From the NCBI GenBank assembly GCA_965218465.1, contig OZ244623.1, positions 2,959,549-3,023,548 of the forward strand: a DNA stretch of 64,000 nucleotides, read 5' to 3'. The position numbers and the translations under genes are program-made. The notes beneath the pieces are model-generated. The model saw nothing but the letters and a program-made list of their open reading frames with translations. It did not search any database and was not told the origin of the DNA. Below are positions 45,842 to 54,999 of the stretch, one piece after another; positions within the stretch are counted from its first letter, which is position 1; every line of letters starts with the position of its first letter. The DNA is from Acidobacteriota bacterium (GTDB lineage Bacteria; Acidobacteriota; UBA6911; RPQK01; G965218465).

Positions 45842-48391
45842 TCAAATTTCCGAGCGTAAGACTTCCAGCGGAGGACGGTTGATCACACCGCGGCTGTTGA
45901 GAATGCCGATGGCGATGGTCAGGCCGATCACCATCACTAAGGACAGCCCCAACATGAGCCAGTCGGCCTGAAAACCGATCTCGAAAACAAAGCGAGCCAG
46001 AGCCCAGCCCGCTCCAATCGCCAGCAGCAGCCCACTGCTTGCTCCCAAGGTTCCCAGCAAGAAATATTCAATTGCCACAATCTTGAGTACTTGACCTTGG
46101 GACGCTCCTAAAGTTCTCAGTAGCGTTGACTCGCGAAGCCGTTGATAACGGCTGGTGATGACCGCCACTGCCAGTACCGTTAGCCCGGTAATGATGCTGA
46201 ACAAGGCCATAAAGCGAATCACGAAGGCGACGCGATCAAGGATGGTGTCTACCGTATTGACAATCAACGCGAGATCGATGGCCGAAACGTTGGGATAATC
46301 AACAACCACCGCCCTTTGCAGGTCCGCTGAGGCCTCGGTGTCGGCCACACGTGTCACCAAGACATGAAATTGTGGTGCTTGTTCCAGTATTCCGGCGGGA
46401 AAGACAGCGAAGAAGTTCGGTTGGACGCGTCCCCACTCCACTTGACGCAGACTCGACACCCGGGCTGCTACTTTCATGCCCTGAACGTCGAACTCCAGGT
46501 CATCGCCTACGCCGATCGCCAACTCATCCGCGATTTCCTCCTCGAGTGAGATCGGAACGGGTGTCTGACCGGGGAGTACCCTTCCCACCCATTGTCCGGT
46601 CACGACCTTCTCCGAATCACTTAGGTGCCGCCGGTAAGTCGATCGATATTCCCGGTTGAGAGCCCACCTGGGTCTCCCGGGCTGAGAATCTTGCAGGATT
46701 TCGGAGACCGTTTGCCCTTTGAGACCCGACAACCGCATTGAAACGATAGGAACGTCCTGAAGAATTGGGGCTCCCTCCGACTCCAGCAGCGCTCTAATTT
46801 CAGCTTTTTGCTCACTCTGAATATCGAAGAAGACCAAGTTGGGCTTGGAGCCACTGCCACTGAGCTCGGCCTGTGCCAAAAGGGTCTTCTGACTCAAGTT
46901 AAGTGTGGTGACGAGAAAAGTACCTAGTCCCAAAGCCAGAATCAGTACCAGGGTCTGGTTGTGCGGGCGGTAAAGATTAGCCAACCCTTGCCGCCATTCA
47001 TAGGCCCCGGAACTGAGGACGGCCTTTCTTAAAACCACGGTGATAGCCTTGGCCACCAAGACCAATAGGCCGAAGGTGGCCGCCAGACCCAGGAAAAAGG
47101 CCAACCCTACCCACCAGAGGCTAGTATGAGTCAAAGAGAACACCAGCAAAGCAATCCCGAGAAGAGAATAGATGACCAGGCGCCAAGGATCTCGACGGGG
47201 GGATGCCAACGATTCAAAATCCAAACGGAGGGCCAGCAAGGGTGAGGTTAGACGTACTCGCAACAAGGGCAACAAAACGAACAGCAACGCTATCCCCATA
47301 CTGATCGATATGCCCTTGATGACTGCGCTTGGCGCCACCACTACACTCACCTCCAAGGGCAGGAATTCGGCCAACACCGCCGGGATTAGATACTGGATCC
47401 CCATCCCCAACAACGCTCCCCCCAGAGCTCCTGCCAGACCTATGGCGAAGGCCTGTATCAAGTAGACAAGAAAGGTTTCCGCGGAGGTAAATCCGAGGCA
47501 TCGGAGAATCGCAACAGTGGGCAGTTTCTGTCTGATATAGAGATGGATCGAACTGGAAATGCCGACCGACCCCAGCAGCAAAGCGACAAAGCCCACCAAG
47601 TTGAGAAAATGGTAGAGGTTGGCCATCGCCCTGCCCAAGCGTCGCTGGCGGCGCTCAACTGTGTCATGGCGAATACGATTGGCCGCGAGGTGATCTTCCC
47701 ATTCCTCAACTACTTCTCCGGCTTTGATGGAGTCAGGCAATTTAATGAAAATGCGGTAGCCCACCCGGCTCCCGGTCTGGATTAGGCCAGTCTGTTCGAG
47801 ATACCTCAAGGGGATATAGACCCGGGGAGAAACGATTCTGACTGCTAACGACTCTCCCGGGATATTGTTCAGGGTGCCCGCAATGGTGAAGGTGAAGTCG
47901 CCCAGTTTGATGGGATCGCCTTGGCGGGCGTCGAATTGACGAAGTAAACCCTCATCGACCAGGGCAAAAGGTCCATCGCGGTAGCTGACGCCTGCCTCCA
48001 CCGGAGTTGTTTCGAGTTTACCGTAATAGGGGAAATCACCTTCCAGAGCTCGCACCTGGACCAGTCGTAGTCCCTCCGTATTGGGCAAGTAGGCCATCGA
48101 AGAGAAATTGGTTTGTCGGGTGTAGGCGGTAGCCAAGGGATCAACCTTCTGTAGAGTCTCAGACCCGAACGGCTGCCGCTTGATCAGTACTAAATCAGCT
48201 CCCAGCAATGTCCGAGCTTGACGGTCGATGGCCGACTCGAGGTTGACGCCAAAAGAACTGATGGCTACCAGAGCAGCCACCCCGAGCATGATAGAGGAGA
48301 CAAAAAGCAATAATCGCTTTCGGCTGCTGCGACTGTCGCGCCAAGCCATTCGCCAGAGCCAGAGCTGAAACAGCAGGCGAAATGTCTTCAT
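45842..48391 (-). CDS. ABC transporter permease, YbbP-like (two FtsX domains, ~849 aa)
   Basis: Size and duplicated FtsX-like TM blocks. 4-nt overlap with the upstream ATPase gene. Confidence 0.85.
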   Translation of the reverse strand: MKTFRLLFQLWLWRMAWRDSRSSRKRLLLFVSSIMLGVAALVAISSFGVNLESAIDRQARTLLGADLVLIKRQPFGSETLQKVDPLATAYTRQTNFSSMAYLPNTEGLRLVQVRALEGDFPYYGKLETTPVEAGVSYRDGPFALVDEGLLRQFDARQGDPIKLGDFTFTIAGTLNNIPGESLAVRIVSPRVYIPLRYLEQTGLIQTGSRVGYRIFIKLPDSIKAGEVVEEWEDHLAANRIRHDTVERRQRRLGRAMANLYHFLNLVGFVALLLGSVGISSSIHLYIRQKLPTVAILRCLGFTSAETFLVYLIQAFAIGLAGALGGALLGMGIQYLIPAVLAEFLPLEVSVVVAPSAVIKGISISMGIALLFVLLPLLRVRLTSPLLALRLDFESLASPRRDPWRLVIYSLLGIALLVFSLTHTSLWWVGLAFFLGLAATFGLLVLVAKAITVVLRKAVLSSGAYEWRQGLANLYRPHNQTLVLILALGLGTFLVTTLNLSQKTLLAQAELSGSGSKPNLVFFDIQSEQKAEIRALLESEGAPILQDVPIVSMRLSGLKGQTVSEILQDSQPGRPRWALNREYRSTYRRHLSDSEKVVTGQWVGRVLPGQTPVPISLEEEIADELAIGVGDDLEFDVQGMKVAARVSSLRQVEWGRVQPNFFAVFPAGILEQAPQFHVLVTRVADTEASADLQRAVVVDYPNVSAIDLALIVNTVDTILDRVAFVIRFMALFSIITGLTVLAVAVITSRYQRLRESTLLRTLGASQGQVLKIVAIEYFLLGTLGASSGLLLAIGAGWALARFVFEIGFQADWLMLGLSLVMVIGLTIAIGILNSRGVINRPPLEVLRSEI

Positions 48392-49119
48392 GGGGTGGAA
48401 ACTGGTCGAGCGGCAACCGAATCCACATGAGATTGGGAGGTGTCAGAGATCACCTGCCCGGCACGCAGCTTGATCACTCGTTCGGTCCGCTCCGCCAGCT
48501 CCGGATCGTGGGTGACCAGAAGCAGGGTAGTATCCATATCACGATTGAGAGCGAACATCAGATCGACAATCGTGCGGCTGGTTTCGCCATCGAGGTTGCC
48601 GGTGGGCTCATCGGCAAAGAGGACTCTGGGGCCATTGACGAAGGCGCGGGCGAGCGCCACTCGCTGTTGTTCTCCACCCGAGAGCTGGATCGGATAGTGG
48701 TGTAGGCGATCCTCCAGCCCAACCTGTTGCAGGAGCCGGGTTGCCCGCTCTGCGACCCTGTGGTCACCTCGCAACTCGATTGGCACCATCACGTTCTCAA
48801 GTGCTGAGAGCGTGGGAATCAACTGAAAGGTTTGAAAGACAAAGCCCACTTTTCGGTTGCGGATTCGGGCCAACTCCTCCTCATCCAGTTGGTTGAGGCG
48901 GACTCCGTCCAGTACGACCGATCCCGAAGTGGGGCGATCGAGCCCGGCACACAGCCCTAACAGTGTCGTTTTTCCACTACCGGAGGGGCCCACGATGGCG
49001 CAGGTCTCACCCTCGCTCACCGCAAACGAAACATCCTTGAGAACGGTCAGCGACTTGTTTCCATTTGAGTAGGTTTGAGTCAAACCTTCAACCTGTAGCG
49101 TCATGATCGAAGACATCAT
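48388..49119 (-). CDS. ABC transporter ATP-binding protein, YbbA/LolD-like
   Basis: GPSGSGKTTLL (Walker A), LSGGEQQRVALARA (signature), LLFADEPTGNLD (Walker B). ATG at 49119; the track ORF is extended ~90 codons upstream by alternate start. Confidence 0.85.
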   Translation of the reverse strand: MMSSIMTLQVEGLTQTYSNGNKSLTVLKDVSFAVSEGETCAIVGPSGSGKTTLLGLCAGLDRPTSGSVVLDGVRLNQLDEEELARIRNRKVGFVFQTFQLIPTLSALENVMVPIELRGDHRVAERATRLLQQVGLEDRLHHYPIQLSGGEQQRVALARAFVNGPRVLFADEPTGNLDGETSRTIVDLMFALNRDMDTTLLLVTHDPELAERTERVIKLRAGQVISDTSQSHVDSVAARPVSTP

Positions 49120-49234
49120 ATCAGCTAACAAGGATGATGAATCGGACTCGGCGGATTCTCCATCGACTCGCCTTCTTGTCGCTGCCTTTGCCTCCTTTGT
49201 GTGTCCGGTCCTCAATCGGAGTTGCTGCTGTAGA

Positions 49235-49930
49235 ATGACGGTGGTGAGAAACCTTCGATTGGGTTGGGTGGTGCTGCTTTTGTCCGCCGGTTGCCGGGAT
49301 AATTCACCAGCTTCGTCACCCACTTTCCCTGCCCTGCAGGCTACCCCTCCGGCTCTTGAGAACTCCGCCCCCACATTCAAACGCATCGTCTTTCTAGGGA
49401 ACAGCCTCTCGGCCGGCTACGGACTCGAGGAATCTCAGGCTTTTCCGGCCCTATTGCAGCAGAAGATCAACGCCAGTGGGGGCGGATATCAGGTGGTCAA
49501 TGCCGGTGTCAGCGGCGATACCTCGGCTGGTGGCCTGAGCCGGATAGACTGGCTCCTGCGGCAACCGCTGGAGGTGCTTTTTTTGGAACTGGGGGCAAAC
49601 GATGGCTTGCGGGGGGTGAACCTGGCTGTCATTCGCCGCAATCTTCAAGCCATCATCGACAAGACTCTCGACCGTTATCCGCAAGCTCAAATCGTGATTG
49701 CCGGCATGAGGATGCCTCCCAATATGGGCCGACGTTACACTGAAGGTTTTCACTCGATTTTCTCCGATCTGGCTAAACGCAACGGAGCGGTGTTGATTCC
49801 CTTCTTGCTCGAGGAGGTCGGTGGCCGGCCGGAACTCAACCAACCCGACGGCATCCACCCCACTGCCCAAGGCCACCAGCTGATAGCTGCGCACGTGTGG
49901 CTGTTTCTGGAACCTTTGTTGAAGCGTTAG
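49235..49930 (+). CDS. tesA: SGNH/GDSL arylesterase - acyl-CoA thioesterase I / lysophospholipase L1-like (lipoprotein signal)
   Basis: LLSAGC lipobox. IVFLGNSLSAGYG (GDSL block I), GVSGDT (II), GANDGL (III), DGIHPT (V). Divergent from ybbA-ybbP as in E. coli. Confidence 0.75.
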   Translation: MTVVRNLRLGWVVLLLSAGCRDNSPASSPTFPALQATPPALENSAPTFKRIVFLGNSLSAGYGLEESQAFPALLQQKINASGGGYQVVNAGVSGDTSAGGLSRIDWLLRQPLEVLFLELGANDGLRGVNLAVIRRNLQAIIDKTLDRYPQAQIVIAGMRMPPNMGRRYTEGFHSIFSDLAKRNGAVLIPFLLEEVGGRPELNQPDGIHPTAQGHQLIAAHVWLFLEPLLKR

Positions 49931-50063
49931 CACGATTACGCTTCTTCCACTTCTTTATCCGAAAGGCAACGGGCAGGATGCCCGGTTCATCGAAGAGGGA
50001 TTCACCGCTACCGAAGGTCCGACTTCGCCGGGTCACTGCGCTATGCGCCGAACCGGAGGGGAA

Positions 50064-51044
50064 TCAGGGGATCTCCTGAATCCGACCTTCCGCCAGATGT
50101 CGGCGAAAACTCTCGAATGTTTCCGCGGCGCCCTGCGAAAAAGGAGTCCGATAGACTCTGGGGAAGCTCCGGCGCAAAGGCGTATCGTCGGCGGCGGCCG
50201 CAAAAGGGAGCTGGAGCGGGCGATAGCTGATTTGTGACCCTGGCGCCAGCCGCTCAATCTCGGCTATGACTTCTTCCATATTGAGTGCTTCACCTCCCAG
50301 GTTGAAAACCAGCGCGCCGGACAATTTGCTGCGGCTGGCTTCAATGAACTGGAGTGCTACATCGGAGGCATATTGGATCTGCAGTCGATTGCTGAACTGA
50401 ATCTCGAAGGCCCGGTCAGCGGCTGCGGCCAGCAACGCCTTGGTTGGGTCGCTGGTAATTCCTTGGTCCCGTCCTACGCCATAGACGGTGTTGGGTCTCA
50501 AGCCGGTGCTGTCGATCTGGTGGTCTTGGTAGTAAATACGAGCGGTGGCCTCATTGGCCTGTTTGTAAACACCGTAGAGAGTGGCGGGAGCCAGCGGCGA
50601 GTCGGCGGTCAGGGAGCCGGGAGGATAAAGATCGGGAGGGCCGTAAACTGCATTGGAAGAGGCATAGACGAAGTGCTTCAAACCAGCCCGCCGGACGGCT
50701 TCGAACAGGTTGACCGTACCCACCACGTTGACTTGTGCCCCCAACCCGGGATCAGCCCGGCAAAAGGGTACCTGAAGAGCGGCCAGATGAATGACGTGGG
50801 TGATGGGATAATCCTCAAAAAGCCGGGCAACTGCCTTGCTGTCCGAGAGATCCCCCCTGACTATCTCCAGGCCTTGCTGCTCAACCGGTGACAACACCAG
50901 ATCGAGACGGTGCCTGCTGGTGCCCAAATCGAAACCGATAGTCCTCTCGCCCTCACCCACAAGATGATGCGCTACCCAGGTGCCAATGCACCCCAGGGCT
51001 CCAGTGACCAGATAAGTGTTGGATGAACTCATGACTTGGGTCAA
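50064..51044 (-). CDS. NAD-dependent epimerase/dehydratase family protein (extended SDR)
   Basis: YLVTGALGCIGTWVAHHL (GxxGxxG), ...YASSNAVYG...Y..SK. The start may be the internal ATG at 51032. Confidence 0.75.
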   Translation of the reverse strand: MTQVMSSSNTYLVTGALGCIGTWVAHHLVGEGERTIGFDLGTSRHRLDLVLSPVEQQGLEIVRGDLSDSKAVARLFEDYPITHVIHLAALQVPFCRADPGLGAQVNVVGTVNLFEAVRRAGLKHFVYASSNAVYGPPDLYPPGSLTADSPLAPATLYGVYKQANEATARIYYQDHQIDSTGLRPNTVYGVGRDQGITSDPTKALLAAAADRAFEIQFSNRLQIQYASDVALQFIEASRSKLSGALVFNLGGEALNMEEVIAEIERLAPGSQISYRPLQLPFAAAADDTPLRRSFPRVYRTPFSQGAAETFESFRRHLAEGRIQEIP

Positions 51045-51266
51045 TCGCGTTGCAATTTCATTAAAAAGATTCGATCTTGCCGAACTGCATCAGCCACCCT
51101 TGAGCACCTCGACTCCAACTCTATTCCAGTCAATCTACGGTGCACAATGTTTTCAATCCAGGCGGGCTCTCAAACCGGTCGTCTACGGTTGAACTGCCGC
51201 ATGTCTTATAATGGCGCAGGCACGGCTGTGAAATTCCGTCAGTCGATCGCGAAAGAAATATCGACG

Positions 51267-52931
51267 ATGCGCAAAATCCTTCCGGTAATGGCAGCTGTTC
51301 TCGGGTTATTGTCGGCCCACGCCCTGGTTGTCCCATCCGGGGTGATGGGTTGGCCTCAGAAAGCCCAGCGGCAGCAACAGCAAGAAGACCAAGAGGACTA
51401 TTTCAAGAAATGGCTCAATGAGGATGTCGTTCATCTCATCACGTCAGCCGAGCTCAACGTCTTTAACAAGCTGGAAAGCGCTGAAGAGAAGGAACAGTTC
51501 ATAGAGCAGTTTTGGTATCGTCGCGACCCGGACCTGCGCACCGCCGTCAACGAGTTTAAGGAGGAGCACTACCGGAGAATTGCCTACAGCAATGAGCGCT
51601 TTACCAGCGGCATCCCCGGCTGGAAAACGGATCGCGGCCGGATTTACATCATTCACGGGCCGCCTGCTGAGGTGGAAAAGCACCGGTCAGGAGAGAGCTA
51701 CCAACGGCCCTCTCACGAGGGAGGCGGATTTACCGCCGTTTTCCCCTTTGAAATCTGGCGCTATCGCTACATCGAGGGGATTGGCACCGATATCGAGCTG
51801 GAATTCGTGGACCCGAGCGGTAGCGGGGAATTTCGTCTTGCCCGAGATGCCTCCGAGAAGGACGCTTTTCTTTTTACACCTGGTACCGGTTTGACGACGG
51901 CAGAATCCCTTGGCTTGGCGGCTCGTGACGAACGTCCCTACTTCCAGCCTGCTCGGGCCGATCGCTACCCGGGAATGAGCCTACGGAGCAAGGACGACCC
52001 TTTTACTCGCTATAGCATTTATGCCCGCATGCAGCGGCCACGCCCTGTCAAGTATAAAGACCTCCAGCAAATTGTTGATACTCGGGTTGGTTTCAACACG
52101 CTGCCATTTGATATCCGGACGGACTACTTTAGTCTCAACGAAAGTAACGTGTTGGTCCCCATCACCTTTGAGTTGGACAACCGCAATCTGACCTTTCAGC
52201 AAGAAAACGGCCTTTGGGTGGCGCGAGTGGCGGTTTACGGTATTGTCACCAGCATCACCAACCGAATCGTGCTCGAATTTGACGACGACCTTATTGTCAG
52301 CTACCGGCCCGAGCACCTGGAGACCGGCCGGCATGGCCGGTCGATCTACCAGAAGGTTATCTCTATCGACCGCAAGATCCGGCACAAGGTTGATCTGGTG
52401 CTCAAGGATTTGGCCAGCAATAGTGTGGGCGTCCAGCGTAAGGCCATCATTGCCCCCCAACACTCGTCAGCCAAATTGGCGCTCAGCTCGGTGATTCTCA
52501 CTGACTATGTACGCCGAGTAAGCGAGAACACTCCTCTCGACGAGATGTTTGTCATCGGCGATCTCAAGGTCAGGCCCAATCTTCGTCGAAGTTTTTCGCA
52601 CGGTCGTTCGGTGGCGGTCTATCTGCATGTCTACAATGCCACCGTCGATCAGAGCACGCTCAGACCCTCTCTAGCTCTACGCTATCGGGTGACCCGAGAT
52701 GGGAAACAAATAAAATATTGGTTTGAAGAGCAGGGCGAGTCGATCCAGTTCGAGTCGGGACAACGAGTCGTTGTACTCAAGAACCTGCATGCTGAAACTC
52801 TCTCCACGGCCACTTATCGTCTTGAGGTGGAGATTGAAGATCAACTGAGTGAAGACATGATTTCCGTCGATCAGACCTTTGAGATCACACCGGTTGCGGA
52901 AGCAGTTTCCGGTGGGTCGGAGCGTGAGTGA
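51267..52931 (+). CDS. GWxTD domain-containing secreted protein
   Basis: Signal peptide MRKILPVMAAVLGLLSAHA. FWYRRDPD...GWKTDRGRIYIIHGPPAEVEKH (GWxTD motif). Confidence 0.7.
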   Translation: MRKILPVMAAVLGLLSAHALVVPSGVMGWPQKAQRQQQQEDQEDYFKKWLNEDVVHLITSAELNVFNKLESAEEKEQFIEQFWYRRDPDLRTAVNEFKEEHYRRIAYSNERFTSGIPGWKTDRGRIYIIHGPPAEVEKHRSGESYQRPSHEGGGFTAVFPFEIWRYRYIEGIGTDIELEFVDPSGSGEFRLARDASEKDAFLFTPGTGLTTAESLGLAARDERPYFQPARADRYPGMSLRSKDDPFTRYSIYARMQRPRPVKYKDLQQIVDTRVGFNTLPFDIRTDYFSLNESNVLVPITFELDNRNLTFQQENGLWVARVAVYGIVTSITNRIVLEFDDDLIVSYRPEHLETGRHGRSIYQKVISIDRKIRHKVDLVLKDLASNSVGVQRKAIIAPQHSSAKLALSSVILTDYVRRVSENTPLDEMFVIGDLKVRPNLRRSFSHGRSVAVYLHVYNATVDQSTLRPSLALRYRVTRDGKQIKYWFEEQGESIQFESGQRVVVLKNLHAETLSTATYRLEVEIEDQLSEDMISVDQTFEITPVAEAVSGGSERE

Positions 52932-54690
52932 GCATCTAGGAGGGGCCGCTCGAAAACCGTCAGCACGGCGATGGTTTTCTTCCAGCTTCCGGAGAGTCGG
53001 GGCGTTGGGTGAACTTTTTCGAGCTACAACTCTGTTCGCTCGATTCTTATTCATTTTTCTTGGTTTGACAGCGGCCACCAGTTGGCAGACGGTCGCCTCC
53101 CAAGGCGATATTTTCAGCGAAGTCCCTGCCTTTGTCAGTGGAGTCGACTGGAGACACCACAGCGGCCGCTCCGATCAACACTATCTACCTGAAACCATGG
53201 GTCCGGGAGCGGCGCTCTTGGATTACGACGGTGACGGCTGGCTCGATCTCTATCTTGTCAATAGCGGTCCCTCCGACTTTTTTCAACCCCGCCAGCCTTT
53301 GCGCAATGCTCTCTATCGCAACCGCGGCGACGGGAGCTTTATTGATGTCACCCTCCAGGCCGGCGTTGAGGGCGGCAACTTCGGAATGGGTGCTGCAGCT
53401 GCCGACTTTGATAACGACGGGGATCAAGATCTGTTTGTCACCGGTTACGGTAAGACTTTGCTCTACCTCAACCGCGGCGATGGCACTTTTAAAGAGTGGG
53501 CCAGGCAGGCCGGAGTGGAGGTATCGGGTTGGACCACTAGCGCGGTCTGGTTCGATTTCGACAACGATGGCTGGCTGGATCTATTTGTTTGCAGCTTTGT
53601 GGTTTTCGGTGCCGACCGGCATATCTCCTGTGGCCTCAATGCTCTTGGAAAGGCCTACTATTGCGTGCCGCGCGTCTTCCAGCCGACCACCAGTTTTCTC
53701 TTCCGGAACAATCGCAACGGCACTTTCACCCGCGTCGACGGGAACTCTGCCATTGGGCGCACTCCGGGTAAGGCTCTGGGTGCGGTCGCCGCAGATCTCA
53801 ACAACGACGGCTGGCTGGATCTGTTCGTAGCCAATGACACGGTACAAGACTTTCTCTTTTTCAACCGAGGCCAGGAACGTTTCGAGGAGAGTGCTCTTTT
53901 CGCCGGGGTAGGTTTTTCCATCGATGGAGAAGCACAATCGGGAATGGGCGTGGACGCTGCTGATTTTGACCAGAACGGGTTTCAGGATCTGTACGTAGCC
54001 AACATCGATCATCAGTACTATTCACTCTTTTTGAACCGTGACGGAGAAGTCTTTACGGATGAGGCAATTACCCAAGGCGTGGGCCAACCAACTTTTCTCC
54101 TCAGTGGTTGGGGGCTGAAGTTTGTCGACTATGACAACGATGCCGACCTCGATCTTCTGATCGCCAATGGGCATCCCGATGACATGATTGCCGAGTACGC
54201 CAAGAACGTCACCTACCGGGAACCGATGCTCCTTTTTGAGAACAGGAGTGGGAGGCTGCATGACATCAGCGCTTCGGCCGGCAAAGTGTTTGCCAAAGTC
54301 CTTTCAGCGAGGGGACTGGCGCTAGGAGATTACGACAATGACGGTCGTTCCGATGCAGTCGTGACAACCAACGCTGGCGGTGTGCTGATACTGCGCAATA
54401 CGGCGCCCGTTTCTCACCATTGGCTGGGTGTCAAGCTGCAGGGAAACCGCAGTAATCGCGATGCGATTGGGGCCCGTCTGAGTTGGTCAGCGGGTGGTCG
54501 CCAATATTCTCGTCACCTGAATAGCGGAGGCAGCTATTTGTCTTCTCATGATCGACGACTCCTGCTTGGGTTGGGGAAGGCGCAGTCGGTGGATTGGTTG
54601 GAGATTCGCTGGCCGTCCGGTACTACCCAAAGGCTTGAGAAGCTGGAGGTGGATCGCTACTTGACGGTTGAAGAGCCCTCTCGTCCCTGA
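52879..54690 (+). CDS. Second ASPIC/UnbV FG-GAP repeat (CRTAC1-like) protein; start uncertain (TTG ~53005 before the signal peptide is possible)
   Basis: LLDYDGDGWLDLYLVNSG, ADFDNDGDQDLFVTGYG, ..., C-terminal GGSYLSSHDRRLLLGLGKAQSVDWLEIRWPSG. Paralog of 29781..31526. Confidence 0.75.
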   Translation: MRSHRLRKQFPVGRSVSEHLGGAARKPSARRWFSSSFRRVGALGELFRATTLFARFLFIFLGLTAATSWQTVASQGDIFSEVPAFVSGVDWRHHSGRSDQHYLPETMGPGAALLDYDGDGWLDLYLVNSGPSDFFQPRQPLRNALYRNRGDGSFIDVTLQAGVEGGNFGMGAAAADFDNDGDQDLFVTGYGKTLLYLNRGDGTFKEWARQAGVEVSGWTTSAVWFDFDNDGWLDLFVCSFVVFGADRHISCGLNALGKAYYCVPRVFQPTTSFLFRNNRNGTFTRVDGNSAIGRTPGKALGAVAADLNNDGWLDLFVANDTVQDFLFFNRGQERFEESALFAGVGFSIDGEAQSGMGVDAADFDQNGFQDLYVANIDHQYYSLFLNRDGEVFTDEAITQGVGQPTFLLSGWGLKFVDYDNDADLDLLIANGHPDDMIAEYAKNVTYREPMLLFENRSGRLHDISASAGKVFAKVLSARGLALGDYDNDGRSDAVVTTNAGGVLILRNTAPVSHHWLGVKLQGNRSNRDAIGARLSWSAGGRQYSRHLNSGGSYLSSHDRRLLLGLGKAQSVDWLEIRWPSGTTQRLEKLEVDRYLTVEEPSRP

Positions 54691-54691
54691 T

Positions 54692-54711
54692 CGGGTCTCC
54701 AGCGAGACCCG
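54692..54711 (+). terminator. Perfect 8-bp stem hairpin (CGGGTCTC-cagc-GAGACCCG) 2 nt after the stop of 52879..54690
   Basis: Read directly. No U-tract, so function (terminator vs RNA stability element) is uncertain. Confidence 0.3.
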
Positions 54712-54999
54712 GGCCGATCAACTTACAGCACTCGAATTCTTGGAGGCAGATCGTTAAGGAGTTGGGGCGCAATCGCTGAGGTCGACTCAACAGCACCACA
54801 AGGCACTTTGTCAGGCTATTGAGTTGGCACCGGCCCCAAACGGCCTCCGAAGCGCTCAAGTCAGCCTTGAACCTCCAGTCGATTGTTCCAATCCGTTAGC
54901 TGATTGGTAAGACCTTTTGCTATCTTCGCCATTGAGCCTCGGGCGTTGCCTATGCCGGTTGTCTGGGATTGGTCTCTCAGTGTGGGTTGATTTAGCACC

